Virus record (IMG/VR): IMGVR_UViG_3300023179_000001
Coordinates: 39,922 to 103,921 of that record
DNA from: a virus
Direction: 5' to 3' (one strand)
Length of the DNA stretch: 64,000 nt
A program made the position numbers and the translations under genes. Positions 9,391-18,014 of this stretch are shown in pieces. Numbering within the stretch: position 1 is the stretch's first letter; each line of letters begins with the position of its first letter. The notes beneath the pieces were generated by a model, which ran no database searches, was not told where the DNA came from, and saw only the letters and a program-made list of their open reading frames with translations.

Positions 9391-9684
9391 TCAATCAATC
9401 CACTCTGTCTCATCAATTTTGGTTTCAATTAACGCATCAAGTTGTTTTTGATCTTGGTCTGAAAGCTGAACATCGCTGAGCATCTCTGTCCTAACATCAT
9501 CCAATAGCCATGCTCCTACTCCTCTATTCCCATCTGCGTCTGAGCCGTAGCTAGGATCGTAAACGCAAAGGACTTCGATGCTTACAGGGATTTTTTGGTT
9601 TGATAGTTCAAAAATGAACTCTTTTTTGGTTTGGATTCTTTTCATAAAGTCTAATCTCCTCTTTGCTTGGAAACCTTTTCCCAC
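9391..9684 (-). CDS. Hypothetical phage protein
   Basis: YGSDADGNRG motif; probable start at MKRIQ. Confidence 0.6.
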   Translation of the reverse strand: MGKGFQAKRRLDFMKRIQTKKEFIFELSNQKIPVSIEVLCVYDPSYGSDADGNRGVGAWLLDDVRTEMLSDVQLSDQDQKQLDALIETKIDETEWID

Positions 9685-9941
9685 GCCAATTCTGCCGCAT
9701 TGCCGAACTGTTTTTTGTATTCAAAGAACTGTTCTACTTTTGTAAATTTGTGGATGACTTTGTAACATCTATCGCAAACGCAGATTGCATGATCATCCCA
9801 GCCTAGAGTATCAGTCAAAGGGTGCCCCTTGGGATCGACCCCAGCACTCTTTCCACAGCAATAGCATGGATTAACCAATCCATACCTGCCCTTGCTTCTA
9901 TATTCTTTGTCTTGTCGGACTCTTTGTTTTCTGGTTCTCAT
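9651..9941 (-). CDS. Cys-rich (zinc-finger-like) hypothetical protein
   Basis: CYCC...CDRC. Confidence 0.55.
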   Translation of the reverse strand: MRTRKQRVRQDKEYRSKGRYGLVNPCYCCGKSAGVDPKGHPLTDTLGWDDHAICVCDRCYKVIHKFTKVEQFFEYKKQFGNAAELAWEKVSKQRGD

Positions 9942-10000
9942 TTTGGAAATTCCTATATTGAATACTTACTGCTACCAGTTCTCAATCGCTGAATAGTTAC

Positions 10001-10504
10001 TTATGCCGATTCTTTTTCGATAGCCAGTTTGAGCTTATTTTCTAAACTCTGTAGGTAATTCACTTCAGCTTCATTTCCGGCCTTAAAGTAAAAGGTTTTT
10101 TTATCTTTGGTAAAGTTGAGAAGTTTCTCCAGATCATAGATAGTCAGTTTTGTTTTACGATACAGTCTTTTTTTATCATTTGAACCGTCCTTTCTTACGA
10201 ATCTTAGGAAATTGAGCATTCTTTTAATTTCTTCAATGGGGGTTTTTACACTGTTTCTTTTATTGAGTCCGATTAGAATACCGTTTCCTAAGAAGGGCTG
10301 GTGCGCTCCTTTGACTAGGAAACCTGATTCATAACCCTTAAAGAGTCCCTCTTCATCGCAGAAGAATGTATCTCCATTATTGAGTTGGTGAGCCGCCTCT
10401 ATGTATCCACCTACTGCTTTTTGAGCAAACGATAGGGATTCGTGTTCTTGGATTTCGGCTTCTGTAACTTCGCAAGTTTCTGAGTTAATGAGATATACCT
10501 TCAT
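10001..10504 (-). CDS. DUF3846-like protein with C-terminal extension
   Basis: QKAVGGYIE, CDEEGL, GNGILIG motifs; AGGAG RBS. Confidence 0.7.
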   Translation of the reverse strand: MKVYLINSETCEVTEAEIQEHESLSFAQKAVGGYIEAAHQLNNGDTFFCDEEGLFKGYESGFLVKGAHQPFLGNGILIGLNKRNSVKTPIEEIKRMLNFLRFVRKDGSNDKKRLYRKTKLTIYDLEKLLNFTKDKKTFYFKAGNEAEVNYLQSLENKLKLAIEKESA

Positions 10505-10521
10505 TTGGGTTACTCCTTTAA

Positions 10522-10761
10522 TTAAATTGAATACTTATCAATAACCGCTTGGATTTCTTCTGTGAGTTTTTCGAGATCCACATAAGAAACGGCAGCCTTT
10601 AGTTCAATTTCGATTTCCGTGTCCAGCAGTGGAGTGTCTGGGAATCTCTCAGCGATTGCCGTCCCTTTTAGATTGCGAGTTGTAATAGATACTTTGGCGT
10701 ACTTTCGAGAGCATCCGATATTGTGATACCCCTCTGCAAAGCATTCGCTACATTTATTCAT
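10522..10761 (-). CDS. Hypothetical protein
   Basis: Overlaps upstream gene; CxxC..H...C N-terminus. Confidence 0.55.
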   Translation of the reverse strand: MNKCSECFAEGYHNIGCSRKYAKVSITTRNLKGTAIAERFPDTPLLDTEIEIELKAAVSYVDLEKLTEEIQAVIDKYSI

Positions 10762-10981
10762 GGGAGTTTTCCTTTGTCACCTTATCTGCAAACTCTTCGT
10801 CGTAATCTCTTTCGTCCAAGGCTTCTGGATCATAGTTCAGCTTGGCTTGGAGTTGCCTTAATCGCTCGATATAACTTCTTTGAACTGAAATTCTCCACTG
10901 TGCGTCCTTAATTTCATCGCTTGCGGCTGACACGAGCATTTCAAAAGTGTTTGCCTTTTTTTGATCGTTTAAGTTTTTCAT
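10754..10981 (-). CDS. Hypothetical protein
   Basis: ATGA overlap with upstream gene. Confidence 0.6.
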   Translation of the reverse strand: MKNLNDQKKANTFEMLVSAASDEIKDAQWRISVQRSYIERLRQLQAKLNYDPEALDERDYDEEFADKVTKENSHE

Positions 10982-11220
10982 CTTTGACCTCGGATTCTGC
11001 TAACGCATTCTAGGACTACTGAGGACAAAACCACGTTTTGATGAACAGTGCCCGAAAGAATCGCTTGTCTTTCGTTTTCGTATTTGGAGCCCTGAAAAAA
11101 CGCAATCAACTCTTCTCGCATAACCTTAACCGCAATCTCCATATTGCTTTGATTGATTACACCAGACTGAGCCACTGCGACCATCAACCCGTTTGCCAAT
11201 TTTTTGATTTCTCGTTCCAT
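10978..11220 (-). CDS. Hypothetical early protein
   Basis: Start moved to MEREIKK behind a GGAGG RBS, downstream of the promoter at 11243-11281. Confidence 0.65.
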   Translation of the reverse strand: MEREIKKLANGLMVAVAQSGVINQSNMEIAVKVMREELIAFFQGSKYENERQAILSGTVHQNVVLSSVVLECVSRIRGQR

Positions 11221-11242
11221 TTTTCCTCCAATCTCAATCCCA

Positions 11243-11281
11243 CAATTACATAGTATCACAATGTAACACACTGCATCAAGG
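11243..11281 (-). promoter_or_regulatory. Sigma-70-type early promoter, copy 1 of a 39-bp repeat
   Basis: TTGATG-N18-TACTAT with extended TG; 35/39 identical to 12819-12857. Confidence 0.75.
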
Positions 11282-11287
11282 GATCAA

Positions 11288-11431
11288 TTATGAAGATTGT
11301 GAAGGTTTTTCTGCCTGAAGGAGAATGTGCCTGACATAGTTGGAAAGAGACCTATTCTGCTTATCCGCTTGTTTCTTGAGCTTTGCTAGAAGCTCTTTCT
11401 CTAGCCGCACATGAATGATTGTTGTTTTCAT
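11288..11431 (-). CDS. Ribbon-helix-helix (Arc/CopG-like) DNA-binding protein, 47 aa
   Basis: Not in the ORF track. MKTTIIHVRLEKELLAKLKKQADKQNRSLSNYVRHILLQAEKPSQSS; GAGGT RBS; classic beta-strand, helix, RSLS-helix pattern. Confidence 0.85.
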   Translation of the reverse strand: MKTTIIHVRLEKELLAKLKKQADKQNRSLSNYVRHILLQAEKPSQSS

Positions 11432-11440
11432 AACGACCTC

Positions 11441-12061
11441 TTAATGGTCAATCTCTTTGACCACTTTTTCTGTGTGTACTTTTTGAGCAATAGCCCTAGC
11501 TTCACTTTGCTTTTTATATCGCATTAAACGCTCGCTAATCTTATCTTCAGTGAATTGGGTGGGGTACTCATCGCCAAGCTTTTCCACGACCTCATACCAG
11601 TCTGGAGTACCACTCTCTATTGAACTACTAGAACCTTCAACCGCCAAGATGACCTCTGCGGTGTTGGCATCAACTAATCGCAAAAATTGAACGCACTGTT
11701 TGGATAATCGCTGAGTGAATAGGCTTTGCTTCAGGTAGCAATCAACATGAGGGACTAAAATGGCTCCGACCCCGTATAACTGTCCCCATTGAGCCCATTT
11801 CTGTTCATCCGAGAATCGGTCTGAATCATTGCGATGCTCCCTGTCCTGCTCCTTTTTAATCGCTGAAAAGCCATCTTTGCGGTCGATCACTGTCCACTTA
11901 TCAGCTTTAACCAGAGCAGTTTGGAGCCTAACGTGTTGTGCCTCATCGACCTTATCGGGATCGACCATCAATCTCATGTTTTTATCGCTATAACGGGTTC
12001 TCACTTCGGTCGAACTACAAGCTGAGAGCAAAACCAAGCCTATTACAATAAAAGTGTTCAT
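11441..12061 (-). CDS. Lipoprotein, CsgG/LpoB-like fold
   Basis: Start MNTFIVIG behind AGGAGG; lipobox LSAC; L..ALV...WTVIDR......I.KEQ, G.LYGV..I, LRLVD..TAEV. Confidence 0.65.
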   Translation of the reverse strand: MNTFIVIGLVLLSACSSTEVRTRYSDKNMRLMVDPDKVDEAQHVRLQTALVKADKWTVIDRKDGFSAIKKEQDREHRNDSDRFSDEQKWAQWGQLYGVGAILVPHVDCYLKQSLFTQRLSKQCVQFLRLVDANTAEVILAVEGSSSSIESGTPDWYEVVEKLGDEYPTQFTEDKISERLMRYKKQSEARAIAQKVHTEKVVKEIDH

Positions 12062-12074
12062 ATGCACCTCCTTA

Positions 12075-12494
12075 TCACCAAGAAGCACGATAATAATAAT
12101 CCATCCGTTTATCGAGGCTGGATATTATCTCGATAGTTTTCCTTAAATCTTCAAAGTAATACTCATCTACGTCCGTTGAACCGAAAAAAAAGCCCTCTGT
12201 GGGCGGCAGTAGGGAAGCGTCTTTGGTTTTTAGTACCTTTTTACAAAGCGATTGTAGTTCAAGCAGCTTGCTATAAGGCACATAATACTCTTTGCAATCG
12301 TCATTACCGTCTTGGACTTGATCGACGAACCATTTGTGAATCATATTCGCCTTTCTCCAATAGCCCACCTCTTCAACAATGTATGAAACTTTTTCGACAT
12401 CTACAGATTTTGATTTTTGTAGCAGCAATTTTAGCTCTAAATTGTCCGAATACTTAACATAGGTTCTTTTGTGTAAATACATATCCAATCCCAT
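12075..12494 (-). CDS. Conserved phage protein (MGLDMYL...YWRKAN.IH.WF family)
   Basis: MGLDMYL, YWRKANMIHKWF, LLP..EGFFFGS, YYYRASW. Confidence 0.85.
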   Translation of the reverse strand: MGLDMYLHKRTYVKYSDNLELKLLLQKSKSVDVEKVSYIVEEVGYWRKANMIHKWFVDQVQDGNDDCKEYYVPYSKLLELQSLCKKVLKTKDASLLPPTEGFFFGSTDVDEYYFEDLRKTIEIISSLDKRMDYYYRASW

Positions 12495-12503
12495 AACGAC
12501 CTC

Positions 12504-12806
12504 CTATAAGTGTGTATAAAGACCTGTAACCTCAGTAAAAATGATTTGAAGATCCTCTGCGTAAACGTCTTCAAACTTCTTAATTTCCTTTAAAATCCCT
12601 TTAGCGCAGTAGATGAAGGTCATTTCGTACAAGTCCTTCCCGTAGTTGTATTCGATTTTAATTAGGTTAATCCTGGTTGAATTGCGGCCTATTTTAAAGA
12701 ACAGTCCCTTTTCTGAGCCCACAAAGTTTTTGGCTCCCGTCATCGCTATAAACCGATTACCGCCTAGTTGGGAAAGGATTGTTTTGGCTATTGTTAAGTC
12801 ACTCAT
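12504..12806 (-). CDS. Conserved phage hypothetical protein
   Basis: IAKTILSQLGGNRFIAMTGAK...DVY..DL...F...TGLYT; GGAGG RBS. Confidence 0.8.
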   Translation of the reverse strand: MSDLTIAKTILSQLGGNRFIAMTGAKNFVGSEKGLFFKIGRNSTRINLIKIEYNYGKDLYEMTFIYCAKGILKEIKKFEDVYAEDLQIIFTEVTGLYTHL

Positions 12807-12818
12807 ATTTCCTCCATC

Positions 12819-12857
12819 CAATTACATACTAACACAATGTAACACATTGCGTCAAGG
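12819..12857 (-). promoter_or_regulatory. Sigma-70-type early promoter, copy 2, with palindromic spacer
   Basis: TTGACG-N18-TAGTAT; spacer holds the perfect inverted repeat CAATGT-N3-ACATTG. Confidence 0.75.
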
Positions 12858-12895
12858 AGAATCAGTGAACGTAATTCACTAATTGAATGATACTG

Positions 12896-13138
12896 CTATT
12901 TTCGGTGCAGGAGGGTGACTGTTTTGATTGTGCTTTTAAGAACGGTGTGAGAGTCGATGTTGGTGTAATCCGTTTCATCTGTGAGCCAGGAAGCCAAATA
13001 ATAGGCATCCTTGTCTTCATTTATAATCTCTCCAATCGCTCGGCATACGACTGGTGGAACCATCCCACCTGTGGTGCAAACATGATCTAGGAAAGTGATT
13101 TCAACCAAATTTCCTTTTTTTAACAAATTCTTTTTCAT
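12896..13138 (-). CDS. Hypothetical protein
   Basis: ATGA overlap with the phosphoesterase gene. Confidence 0.6.
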   Translation of the reverse strand: MKKNLLKKGNLVEITFLDHVCTTGGMVPPVVCRAIGEIINEDKDAYYLASWLTDETDYTNIDSHTVLKSTIKTVTLLHRK

Positions 13139-13887
13139 GGTTGGTATACCGTATTGTTGAAGAAGGCCGAGTAAACCCCTTTACGCATTTGCAGTGACAC
13201 CAACTGATGATAAAAAGTTCCGTTTTGTTTGTGATATGTGATTCCAAATCCGTGAGTCCAATCGCTAATGTCGAGTATGTACTCCGCAGCTTTTAGCTGA
13301 TTGCCAAGCCAGCCGATGTTGAGGCCAACAAAATCATCTCCATGGGCATTTTGGATGTGATACTCCTGAATTTTGTGAGTGTGCCCAAAAATAACAGAGC
13401 TTCGAAATTTTTTAACCATCGCTGCTGCTGGGTTTTCTCCTGCCCTGGAACCATGGACACAAACTAGATTTCCAATTTTATACATCCCCGACTGCCCGTA
13501 AGGGACATACAGAATGTCTTTTGGAAGGCCCATGATTTCTTCGTTCTTAAAGATTCCAGCAAGCTTCGGTGCGTGGTTTGCGATATAAGAAATTAAACGC
13601 CTTTCGTGATTTCCTTCGAGATAGACAACTTTTTTGTGAGGCACTGTACTCAACAAATCATCTAACGCTCCTCTTGCCTCAGACATTTCGTCTTTCCAAG
13701 TTTTCCAATCCATCATAGGGTCTTTAACGTGACGAGAGACCGAATAGTAGTCGAAAAAATCTCCGTGAATTATGACTTCTGATGGTTTCAGATCTTTGCC
13801 AATATCGAGAAGAATTTTCCAAGCTGCTTTATTGACAAACGGGTGGTGACAATCTGAAACGTGTAATACTCTTTTTAGAAGAGACAC
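13135..13887 (-). CDS. Calcineurin-like metallophosphoesterase
   Basis: SDCH, GDFFD, GNHE, HG, GHTH. Confidence 0.9.
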   Translation of the reverse strand: MSLLKRVLHVSDCHHPFVNKAAWKILLDIGKDLKPSEVIIHGDFFDYYSVSRHVKDPMMDWKTWKDEMSEARGALDDLLSTVPHKKVVYLEGNHERRLISYIANHAPKLAGIFKNEEIMGLPKDILYVPYGQSGMYKIGNLVCVHGSRAGENPAAAMVKKFRSSVIFGHTHKIQEYHIQNAHGDDFVGLNIGWLGNQLKAAEYILDISDWTHGFGITYHKQNGTFYHQLVSLQMRKGVYSAFFNNTVYQP

Positions 13888-13977
13888 ATTTTACTCCAGA
13901 CTTTTGGTTGTTATAGTTTTTGATTTCCCCAAGAAACAAACAAATTGTACTGAAAGCGAACCAAAAAACGAGACACA

Positions 13978-14217
13978 CTACGTCTTTTTACTTTTGGTTC
14001 TGGTTTCCAATCTCATTTTTTTAATAAGATCTGGAGGTGTTGCCATCGTATCTTGATAAATAAGAACCTGACACTCTCGATCTTCTTTATCAACAAACTC
14101 AAATTTTACTGAAAAGTAGAACTTGTCCTCTCCCTTCGTAATCGTTACGAATTCAGGAGATTCTTTTTCGATATACTGCATCAGCATATACAGATCAGCA
14201 GTTTTAATTTTTATCAT
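13978..14217 (-). CDS. Hypothetical protein
   Basis: ORF with GGGG RBS, downstream of a sigma-28-like site. Confidence 0.6.
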   Translation of the reverse strand: MIKIKTADLYMLMQYIEKESPEFVTITKGEDKFYFSVKFEFVDKEDRECQVLIYQDTMATPPDLIKKMRLETRTKSKKT

Positions 14218-14265
14218 TCAATTTCCCCAAGTTTGAACAATAAACTTGAACAATAGCCTTATCGG

Positions 14266-14376
14266 TTACTTCTTTTTCTTTCTAAGCAACCAAGCCGCAA
14301 GGCCAGTAACAGCACTGCCGACGGCAGCACCAACACCAAAAATTACCAAGGGGACAATCGCCAAATCACTCATCAT
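14266..14376 (-). CDS. 36-aa single-pass membrane peptide
   Basis: Not in the ORF track. MMSDLAIVPLVIFGVGAAVGSAVTGLAAWLLRKKKK; GGAG RBS. Confidence 0.65.
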   Translation of the reverse strand: MMSDLAIVPLVIFGVGAAVGSAVTGLAAWLLRKKKK

Positions 14377-14410
14377 GGGGTTCTCCAATAAGGTTGTACA
14401 TATAACTTTG

Positions 14411-15145
14411 TCACACTATTTTGGTTTTCTCAATTCTCTCTTTCATCCAAGTACAATATTGTTTGCTTATGTCGCAGGTTATAAAATTGCGTCCCAATGC
14501 CTTTGCTACTGCGGCTGTTGTGCCACTACCACCAAACGGATCAAAGACCAAATCTCCTTTATTTGTGCAAGCATCTATAGCTCTGCCTGGTAAATCTATA
14601 GGGAATGGCGCAGGGTGTTTGGATTTCTGTACCGTAGATGCAGTCCACACTGATTTCACCGAAGTTGTGAAAAGGTTTTTATCTCCAAAAACCCAAATCA
14701 TCTCGTGAAAATAAATAATTTTGTTTTTAGGGAAAGGAATAGCGTTTGGCTTATCCCAAACTATCTGACCAATAGCCTTCTTGGGATCAACTCCATAAGA
14801 TCGCTCAAATTGCTTGGATGGAACATTCCAGAATACCAACCCAGACTTTTCACAAAGCAGTTGTAACCACTTCTCATACGTTTCTTCGGGGACGAAAGCG
14901 TCGTCGTGATTGTCGTACTCTTTGTAACGAAAACGAAACTCACGGGGCAAATGACTTTTTGTAGGAGTTTCTGCGCTCATCACTTTACCCACACCGTAAG
15001 GCGGTGACGTAAACGTAAGCCTTGGCCTACACTGCATCTTTTGAAGAACACCCTCTATCGAGCCATGAATGACGCAATTTAACTGGTGCCCATCCCACTC
15101 CTGTAAGCTAAAAATTGGGACATTCATTAGAAAAAGCAAACACAA
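14411..15145 (-). CDS. DNA amino-methyltransferase (probably N4-cytosine, beta class)
   Basis: TSPPY, HPAPFP, FDPFGGSGTT. Confidence 0.88.
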   Translation of the reverse strand: MCLLFLMNVPIFSLQEWDGHQLNCVIHGSIEGVLQKMQCRPRLTFTSPPYGVGKVMSAETPTKSHLPREFRFRYKEYDNHDDAFVPEETYEKWLQLLCEKSGLVFWNVPSKQFERSYGVDPKKAIGQIVWDKPNAIPFPKNKIIYFHEMIWVFGDKNLFTTSVKSVWTASTVQKSKHPAPFPIDLPGRAIDACTNKGDLVFDPFGGSGTTAAVAKALGRNFITCDISKQYCTWMKERIEKTKIV

Positions 15146-15159
15146 ATGCAGCCAAAAAC

Positions 15160-15194
15160 AAAACCGTGGCGGCTAAAGTTAGAACCACCACGGT
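15160..15194 (-). terminator. Putative intrinsic terminator
   Basis: ACCGTGG/CCACGGT stem followed by a T run on the minus strand, after the ParB-like gene. Confidence 0.45.
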
Positions 15195-15214
15195 AGATAA
15201 TTCCTCTTCACTCA

Positions 15215-16006
15215 TCATAAGTTAAGTTCCTCAAATCCTTCGTCTTCAATAACCGTGTCAATATCCGTGCTCTCGTCCACTTGGGCCAGAAGCTTTTGGA
15301 TCAGTCCTTGTTCTTCAACCTTTTCCATAAGCACAAATACTGCCTCAGAAAGATTGTCGCCAACTCTCCAGCTTTTGTTTAATCGCTTTGCCAATGGTGC
15401 TATCATGCTGTTGAAAGAATCAAAAACATCTCTGTTCAAAACAATAACCGCAGTAGATTCTTCACCCAATGCGGTCTTCAGTCTTTCCAAATCAACTGGT
15501 GCCGTTTCTAATTCTAAATCTTCGGTGACTCTTTCGGCCTCGATAATTGCGTTTTTTAAAAGAGTATCAACGTACTGTGGAGTAAATCCATAATCCGCAA
15601 TCTGCTTTGTGGTGCAATCTTTCAAAGCTGTTCTTAGCTTTTCTTCAACCCAACTCGCATAAGTGTTGTTTGAATCGTACAGAATAGCCCTTGCTTCCGC
15701 TTCGCTTACAGATTCGTACACAACTGGGAGAACACTTTTTTCTTTCCCATGATTAAATTCAAATCCCTCTTCAATTAGCTCTCTGACCGCAAGCAATCTG
15801 TGGTTTCCAGCAAGCACTGTATTGTGTTTTTTCTTGTTGGTTGATTTCCAAACCAGAATGGGTTGATAAAAGCCCTTGCTCCTAATGGACTCTTTCAACT
15901 GTTCCAATCTTTCCTTGGAAATAGTGCGTGGGTTTTCATCGTAAAACTTTAACGATCCCACACTTACATAATCAGATACTTCGCAAAGAGTTACTTGAGT
16001 GCTCAT
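15215..16006 (-). CDS. ParB/Srx N-terminal domain protein
   Basis: NPRTI, L.ESI..KGF.QPILV, AGNHRL.A, DSN. Confidence 0.85.
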   Translation of the reverse strand: MSTQVTLCEVSDYVSVGSLKFYDENPRTISKERLEQLKESIRSKGFYQPILVWKSTNKKKHNTVLAGNHRLLAVRELIEEGFEFNHGKEKSVLPVVYESVSEAEARAILYDSNNTYASWVEEKLRTALKDCTTKQIADYGFTPQYVDTLLKNAIIEAERVTEDLELETAPVDLERLKTALGEESTAVIVLNRDVFDSFNSMIAPLAKRLNKSWRVGDNLSEAVFVLMEKVEEQGLIQKLLAQVDESTDIDTVIEDEGFEELNL

Positions 16007-16254
16007 ATTTCTACAATCTCCTTCTCGCCCTTGCCCTTGGCATCATGAATGGCAAGCATTTCTCCATCATTTAGCTGAACTCTAATTACTAGCTGATTCG
16101 ACTCATAGCCGATCTTAAAATCTGTCTCAGGCAAGTAATCCAAATTCTGCAAATGAATTTTATTCCCAGCACGATAGGCAACAACCAAACCGTTTTCTAC
16201 ATCTGGGGTTGATTCAATCTCTTTTAGTTTTCCAACCTGAAATAGCTTTTTCAT
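16003..16254 (-). CDS. Hypothetical protein
   Basis: ATGA-coupled within operon. Confidence 0.6.
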   Translation of the reverse strand: MKKLFQVGKLKEIESTPDVENGLVVAYRAGNKIHLQNLDYLPETDFKIGYESNQLVIRVQLNDGEMLAIHDAKGKGEKEIVEI

Positions 16255-16601
16255 TCGTGCTTTTTCCCATGAGTGTCTTGATCAAGTCCTCTATCCTTCA
16301 TGTATTCAGCATCAGGTCTTTCAGACTTTTGAATGTTGTCTGTCTCTTCTGGATGCTGGAATAACAGGTCTTGTTGTTGTGGATCTGTGGTAACTGACTT
16401 TTCTTCTGTACCGTTCATTTCTTCTCCTTCGATATAGCCCAGGATCTCCATGGACTTGTGTAAAATCTTACACCCTCTCTCATAGATTTCATCCGATGAT
16501 TCTTTAAAGAAATCGAGCTTGAAATCAACGTGATTCATGGTGTCAGTATCTTCAATTCTAATTCTAAAACTTCTTTTGGGTTCTAAAACATCTTCGTTCA
16601 T
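16251..16601 (-). CDS. Hypothetical protein
   Basis: ATGA-coupled within operon. Confidence 0.6.
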   Translation of the reverse strand: MNEDVLEPKRSFRIRIEDTDTMNHVDFKLDFFKESSDEIYERGCKILHKSMEILGYIEGEEMNGTEEKSVTTDPQQQDLLFQHPEETDNIQKSERPDAEYMKDRGLDQDTHGKKHE

Positions 16602-17131
16602 GCAGTCTCCTGTGGCAGATCAACTCTAGCCTTGGCTTTTAAAATATCTACTGAGAATTTAAGCTTGGTATCTTTTACTGTCGCTTCAAACTCTAGGTTT
16701 TTGGTTCCAACCTTTTTGCCTATCAACTCGTGCTCAAAGACAACCGTGTTTGAGCCAGCCCTTAAAACAAAGTTCTCATCTGATATTTTATTTTCTGAGT
16801 TCGACACATCTGTTGCCGTGTAGTTAACCCACACGGTATCACCCAACTGGACTGTCTCTTCTTCTGTTTTTTTCCTGAGCCCAAGTTTTTCATCCATCCC
16901 AGTTTCAAAAACATCTGAAGTAAAGACATTGGCCTTCTCGCAAAGCTCTTTTAACGTGTCAATTTTGGCATCGTAAGACTTTAGAACAATCAAAATTTGA
17001 GTTAATAACTTATGTTGAGATAATACCCTGCCATCGAGATCAGAGATTTTTTCCGATACATCTCTAACCTGTTGGTTTCTGTGTTGCAGAGCCTTATTCA
17101 TCTCTGCGGTGCGTTTGCTTTTGCTGCTCAT
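16598..17131 (-). CDS. Coiled-coil plus trigger-factor-type FKBP domain protein
   Basis: Start MSSKSKR behind GGAGGAAG; VQLGDTVWVNYTAT...ENFVLRAGS....FEHELIGKKVG...KFSVDILK...LP matches the trigger factor PPIase domain pattern. Confidence 0.65.
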   Translation of the reverse strand: MSSKSKRTAEMNKALQHRNQQVRDVSEKISDLDGRVLSQHKLLTQILIVLKSYDAKIDTLKELCEKANVFTSDVFETGMDEKLGLRKKTEEETVQLGDTVWVNYTATDVSNSENKISDENFVLRAGSNTVVFEHELIGKKVGTKNLEFEATVKDTKLKFSVDILKAKARVDLPQETA

Positions 17132-17576
17132 GTACTTCCTCCAGTTCTTCTTTAAAAGCGACCGCATCAATTACGGTCTGTGTGTTTTCAAAATAATTAC
17201 TTCGATAGTATTCGGCTATCGCAGACAAGAAGTCCTCTTTGCATGGGTGAGAGGCTTTTTTATTCCCTGAGAAATAAAAAAGAATAGATCTCACCATTGG
17301 CAAATACTGAGTCTCATCCTTTACCATCTCCTGCCAATGCGGAGCCTTTTCTTTGTACTCATCTGCAAAGAACTCCAAAAACGATTTCTGATAAAACGAC
17401 GGAATCTTCTCAAACAACTCTATTGTTTTTAGAAAATAAAAGTTTGCTTTTTCGTCATTCAATAAAGAAACAATTTTTGAAAGTGCTCTTTTAGCCAAAA
17501 TCTTATCCGATGATGCTTGCATGGCTGTGGCTCGTGTTCCTGCTTGCGATTGCTCCGACCGTTTCACGAGTGGCAT
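17094..17576 (-). CDS. Hypothetical protein
   Basis: ORF in operon orientation. Confidence 0.55.
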   Translation of the reverse strand: MPLVKRSEQSQAGTRATAMQASSDKILAKRALSKIVSLLNDEKANFYFLKTIELFEKIPSFYQKSFLEFFADEYKEKAPHWQEMVKDETQYLPMVRSILFYFSGNKKASHPCKEDFLSAIAEYYRSNYFENTQTVIDAVAFKEELEEVHEQQKQTHRRDE

Positions 17577-17754
17577 CGACTTTATCTTCGAGTGCCTCGA
17601 TCTTGGTAGCCAAGTTTAAAAGAATCTCAACCGTTGCGGTCTTGATTTCTTCGACGCTATTCATTTCCTGAATTGCTAGTATTTGATCTTTCATTTGTTC
17701 CCCCTGTCTATGTAAATCAAAACTTTCCAGTTCTCTGGTGTCACTTCTTTGCAT
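17503..17754 (-). CDS. Hypothetical coiled-coil protein
   Basis: Probable start at MKDQIL. Confidence 0.5.
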   Translation of the reverse strand: MQRSDTRELESFDLHRQGEQMKDQILAIQEMNSVEEIKTATVEILLNLATKIEALEDKVDATRETVGAIASRNTSHSHASIIG

Positions 17755-18014
17755 CTACTTTCTGCCAGCCGTAACCAAACCTTGTGAAGCTTCTCAAGCC
17801 GTTTGTGGTTTGCCCACCACTTTAAACTGACTGCTATAAAAACTCTATTAGTCGCAGAGTCCACTTTTATCTTTACTTTGTCAAAGGCTCTCGTAGTCGT
17901 AACCACTGCACCAAACATTAAAAACGTCACCTGTTCTGCCATCTCACTAGCAGAAGAAATTTCGGTAGAAATGTTATTCAACGAATCTCTCAAGTTTTCA
18001 GGATTAAAGTCCAT
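17691..18014 (-). CDS. Hypothetical protein
   Basis: Overlaps the recU end. Confidence 0.6.
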   Translation of the reverse strand: MDFNPENLRDSLNNISTEISSASEMAEQVTFLMFGAVVTTTRAFDKVKIKVDSATNRVFIAVSLKWWANHKRLEKLHKVWLRLAESRCKEVTPENWKVLIYIDRGNK

